This document shows positions 62,348 through 64,000 of a DNA stretch of 64,000 bases, one piece after another (the first letter of the stretch is position 1; each line of letters opens with the position of its first letter). This DNA comes from Podarcis tiliguerta (taxonomy: Eukaryota). The position numbers were made by a program, and so were the translations under genes. The stretch is taken from assembly GCA_965153285.1 (NCBI GenBank), contig OZ229110.1. One strand, given 5' to 3'. Below the pieces are notes generated by a model. That model made no database searches. It worked only from the letters and a program-made list of their open reading frames with translations, and was not told the DNA's origin.

Positions 62348-63738
62348 TACACCATGACTGCAAGCCAGAGAATGACATGATAGAACTGTAGGACTGGAAA
62401 ACGGCCTAATGACCATCTTCTTTAAACCTCCTGCACTAAAGCAGAAGGACCTTTTCACACCACCAACTTTGCTATCTAGTGTGCAGCAAACCAAGAAAGG
62501 AAAAATGCACTGCAGTGAAGTTTCCAAATGATTCAAGGAAGCACAACCACAACTTACCTTTATGCTTCGCTTAAACAGGTACCCAGGTGTTAGAGAGCCT
62601 TTCCTCAGAAGTTCACTAAAGATGACAATTTGCTCAAAGAGGAAAACTCTGCGTTCTTTTGGCCGAGAGAGACCTCCAGAATCCTGCTCCGTTACATAGA
62701 ACGTATCCTGCTGTAGCAACTTCCCTTGGGCTGCCAGCTTGCCCTAAGTTAAATAAATGTTAAGTTAAACACAGATGGCATAGAAAGAGGAAATGCACCC
62801 AATCATGGCCAGCATGTTATCACATGGTCTGGGGTAGACCTTACGATTTGCTCACGTGTGTGAAATGATTCATTATCACATGATGTTTAGCCATTTATGC
62901 TCAAAACTCACTACCAAGTTTATGTACCCTATACCCTAACATGAATATTGAATTATGTACAATATATGAATGCCCACCCATATATCTGACCTTTGCAAAC
63001 TTCCTGCAACAAAAAAACCCCCGAAGGAACACAGGAATTTGGCATGCACACACACAGGTGTATGTGCATATCTCCCACACCATACTATATTGTATGTGTT
63101 ATAAGGGATTCAGTCCAATGCTCTGCCATATGTAAGATTTCCACATTGATGACTCTGAAGCAGATGCCTGAAGTTTTACTCAAAATGACATATAAATTAA
63201 GCAATCCCACAGTGGAGAATCAGGAGTAACAGGGAAATTATCTATAAACTACAACAACTTCAACATAATACTACATAGAAGCTTCAAGGTTTCACTGGAC
63301 TGAGAGTCACAGTGATGCCTTCAACAGCAGCAGCAAAGGTAAAAGGCACCAGGCATCAGAAACTGCTTGCTATGTGATTACAGGTGCCAAAGGAAATGAT
63401 TAAACAGTCTCTGTTCAGCTGTGTGTGTGTATGCACATGTGCACTCCTGCCCACAAGTGTACAAACGAAACTTCTTTCCTGGGTAAGACTCAAAGCAGAA
63501 AGTTTAAGCATATCATACCCACCATTTTATGGAAGAAAGTTCACACAATCTCTCCTCCCCCCCCCCCTTCTAAAACGCAGGTGGGCCATTCCAATGAGAC
63601 ACAGCTATTAGTGCCAACAATTGTACTATTACATCCACATTCAAAAATACTGACTTCTACCTCAAAGCCCTGAAGACGACCCAGGTTCATCATGTCATTG
63701 CAGCGTTTAGGAACAAGGCACATCAGCTCCACAGCTTT
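35277..63738 (-). CDS. KALRN: Kalirin RhoGEF kinase (Kalirin-12/Duet-type C-terminus), 16 terminal coding exons, 2694 nt in window; gene continues beyond the window end
   Basis: DH2 end (CLVPKRCNDMM), PH2, SH3, Ig, FN3 and Ser/Thr kinase (GRGRF, VAVK, HLDIKPEN, DLE, APE); all junctions GT-AG and phase-consistent; synteny with UMPS and ITGB5 argues for KALRN rather than TRIO. Confidence 0.96.
36771..36959. mobile_element. Penelope-like element remnant forming a fold-back palindrome
   Basis: About 70-bp inverted arms around loop TCCATG (36840-36845), tail CAGACCAACACGGCTACCC; 11-bp TSD ATCTCTATCAA at 36760-36770 and 36960-36970. Confidence 0.75.
37591..37729 (-). CDS. KALRN: KALRN exon, kinase catalytic loop (139 nt)
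   Basis: ttttag|GATGGAT...ATAAAG|gtagga; MDDGRLLDYL...LHNCRVAHLDIK. Confidence 0.96.
38140..38340 (-). CDS. KALRN: KALRN exon, kinase N-lobe (201 nt)
   Basis: ccacag|GGGTCG...GAACT|gtaagt; RGRFAVVKKC...DVAVKFI...YILILE. Confidence 0.96.
38490..38568 (-). CDS. KALRN: KALRN exon, kinase start (79 nt)
   Basis: tcacag|ACTCTG...GGAAG|gtgaat; DSAADGATVTWKENFDFAYTELNEIG. Confidence 0.93.
38727..38756. repeat. (AAAAC)6 microsatellite
   Basis: Direct reading. Confidence 0.9.
38962..39126 (-). CDS. KALRN: KALRN exon, FN3 second half (165 nt)
   Basis: ccgtag|GCTCAC...GAATACG|gtgaga; GSQVWQQSVAST...YQFRVSASNPWGISLPS. Confidence 0.95.
39660..39962. mobile_element. Partial copy of the same hAT-like family
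   Basis: Shares CATGCCAGT.GTGG, CAAGCAAGAGGCATTATCAGAGTTCAA and CTGAGGTTCC with the 15745 copy, in part also with the 61788 copy. Confidence 0.6.
40712..40843 (-). CDS. KALRN: KALRN exon, FN3 first half (132 nt)
   Basis: ccccag|GTGTCC...GAAGAAG|gtatat; GVPAAPNRPIAQERSCTSVILRWLPP...GYTVEYREE. Confidence 0.95.
41746..41867 (-). CDS. KALRN: KALRN exon, Ig domain second half (122 nt)
   Basis: ccccag|TGATTCA...GTACAAG|gtaatg; DSGEITLKICNVMPQDSGIYTCVATN. Confidence 0.95.
42741..42812 (+). mobile_element. LINE (L2-like) 3' terminus with (ATT)n tail
   Basis: GCTGGGGAAACCCAGCTAGATGGGCGGGGTATAAATAATAAA followed by (TTA)n; recognised from memory as a lacertid LINE end. Confidence 0.55.
42848..43125 (-). 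mobile_element. Two adjacent CR1-type 3' end fragments
   Basis: Same motif as 12631, restarting near 43047 (ATAAGAAGAGTC..ATCAGATC). Confidence 0.6.
43300..43471 (-). CDS. KALRN: KALRN exon, Ig domain first half (172 nt)
   Basis: ctgcag|TTGCTCCA...TCCTG|gtacgt; VAPEFLVPLVD...CKVCGRPKPTITWKGP. Confidence 0.95.
44308..44335 (-). CDS. KALRN: KALRN 28-nt microexon
   Basis: ttccag|ATCATCAACCCAAACTTCATCCAGGAAG|gtgagt; IINPNFIQE; needed to bridge phase 0 to phase 1. Confidence 0.92.
45081..45152. mobile_element. One-ended fragment of the same hAT MITE family
   Basis: TAGGGTTGCCATACGTCCAGAATTTCCTGGACATAT is the diverged reverse complement of 22790-22848. Confidence 0.7.
45541..45623 (+). repeat. 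83-bp local direct duplication, copy 1
   Basis: 78/83 identical, ungapped, to 46991-47073. Confidence 0.95.
46991..47073 (+). repeat. 83-bp local direct duplication, copy 2
   Basis: 78/83 identical to 45541-45623. Confidence 0.95.
48424..48464 (+). mobile_element. Short fragment of the same Penelope-like end
   Basis: TTAGTTGGTCTCTAAGGTGCTACTGGA..TTTTTTATTT matches the arm at 36874-36917. Confidence 0.6.
49165..49224 (-). CDS. KALRN: KALRN 60-nt symmetric exon
   Basis: aaaaag|GAGACA...ATGGAG|gtagac; ETNSSEESECDDLDPNTSME, phase 0-0. Confidence 0.88.
54155..54278 (-). CDS. KALRN: KALRN exon (124 nt)
   Basis: caacag|GAAGTC...GTTAAA|gtgagt; KSCSWHTLRMRKR...KDILGNKVSVK. Confidence 0.93.
56682..56826 (+). 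mobile_element. SINE with tRNA head and CR1-type tail
   Basis: A-box TAGCTCAGTGG, B-box GGTTCAATCCC, then a CR1-like 3' end GGACTAAATGACC..CCAACTCTACAATTCTATGAT. Confidence 0.75.
56853..57214. mobile_element. PIF/Harbinger-like MITE
   Basis: TTA|GGCCCAGTGCAGG ... CCTGCACTGAGCC|TTA: 12/13-bp TIR with a 3-bp TTA TSD. Confidence 0.75.
58315..58562 (-). CDS. KALRN: KALRN exon, second SH3 domain (248 nt)
   Basis: cttcag|AATGAC...ATAAA|gtaagt; NDLGGCNGTSSMVVIKDYYALKENEI...AEGWIPGNIL. Confidence 0.95.
59075..59220 (+). mobile_element. 5'-truncated Squam3-like SINE
   Basis: GGTTCAA..CATCTCCAGGTAGGGCT..CTGAAACCCTG..GTCAGTGTAGACAATACTGAGCTAG..TTCCTATGTT. Confidence 0.65.
59719..59960 (-). CDS. KALRN: KALRN exon, post-PH linker (242 nt)
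   Basis: ctccag|CACTAC...ATCAAG|gtatgt; ALQSPIEYQRKE...SLPPLKISTSNGS...PGDKYELIK. Confidence 0.93.
61127..61298 (-). CDS. KALRN: KALRN exon, PH2 second half (172 nt)
   Basis: ttgcag|ATGACA...TTAAATG|gtaaga; MTYLILEDNVDNDPCKFAL...WVEDINQVLDTQRDFLN. Confidence 0.95.
61788..62174. mobile_element. hAT-like non-autonomous element
   Basis: CAGGGGTTGGGAA ... TTCTCCAATGCTG ends, flanks ATTTAGAG / GTTTAGAT; interior shared with 15745 and 39660. Confidence 0.65.
62292..62345. repeat. (AT)n microsatellite
   Basis: Perfect AT run of about 54 bp. Confidence 0.98.
62558..62743 (-). CDS. KALRN: KALRN exon, PH2 first half (186 nt)
   Basis: cttag|GGCAAG...ATAAAG|gtaagt; GKLAAQGKLLQQDTFYV...ERRVFLFEQIVIFSE...YLFKRSIK. 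Confidence 0.95.
63661..63738 (-). CDS. KALRN: KALRN exon, end of DH2 (78 nt)
   Basis: aatag|AAAGCT...TTTGAG|gtagaa; KAVELMCLVPKRCNDMMNLGRLQGFE. Confidence 0.94.
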
Positions 63739-63944
63739 CTATTAGAGAGAGGCAACACATAATCAGAACTGGATGGAATGAAAGGGCATCTAGTGTGCTA
63801 CCCTACTCAAGGTAGGGCAAACCACATATTGACCCTTCCATCCATGGAACACAGACCAGAGTCTGAAAGTGGGTATCCTGTAGAAAAATGTCAGTGGAGC
63901 AAATAGCTCAAGAACGCTCAAGCAAGGGGTTCAATGCTTATTTT

Positions 63945-64000
63945 GCTTGGTGTGCTCTGGTCCATGGGGTCACGAAGAGTTGGACATGACTAAACGACTT
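63945..64000 (+). mobile_element. RTE/BovB-like 3' terminal fragment
   Basis: GCTTGGTGTGCTCTGGTCCATGGGGTCACGAAGAGTTGGACATGACTAAACGACT resembles the BovB 3' end. Confidence 0.75.

Noticed and set aside
62285-62557. YIYIYI repeat in the ORF-track protein
   Set aside because: Translation of an (AT)n microsatellite in the intron after the real exon.
1-64000. CRISPR arrays, operons, prokaryotic defence systems, rRNA or true tRNA genes
   Set aside because: The sequence is intron-rich vertebrate DNA with no regularly spaced repeats; tRNA-like A/B boxes all run into SINE bodies and lack a full cloverleaf.

Overview
Vertebrate genomic DNA from a squamate, probably a lacertid lizard (inferred from its Sauria SINE, Squam-like SINE, CR1, BovB and Penelope repeats). 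It carries the conserved ITGB5-UMPS-KALRN block. ITGB5 (+) contributes its last 5 coding exons (7912-17528). UMPS (-) is complete, with 6 exons (29439-23745, 476 aa) and a CpG-island promoter. KALRN (-) contributes its last 16 coding exons (63738-35277; end of DH2, PH2, SH3, Ig, FN3 and kinase; 897 aa in window). All exons were rebuilt by hand with GT-AG boundaries and consistent phases, including several missed by the ORF track (UMPS exons 2, 4 and 6, a 28-nt KALRN microexon, the ITGB5 tail exon). The rest is intron or UTR with many short transposon relics. I found no evidence for a wholly new gene system. The best leads are splicing and DNA-structure oddities: a frame-neutral 60-nt KALRN cassette exon with RBFOX and NAGNAG signals, a possible Kalirin-9-like intronic terminal exon, a duplicated splice junction with a disabled donor, an 83-bp duplicate differing only by C/T, MITEs bracketing UMPS exon 3, and a Penelope fold-back hairpin. 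Repeat family names and orthologue comparisons are from memory, not from database searches.
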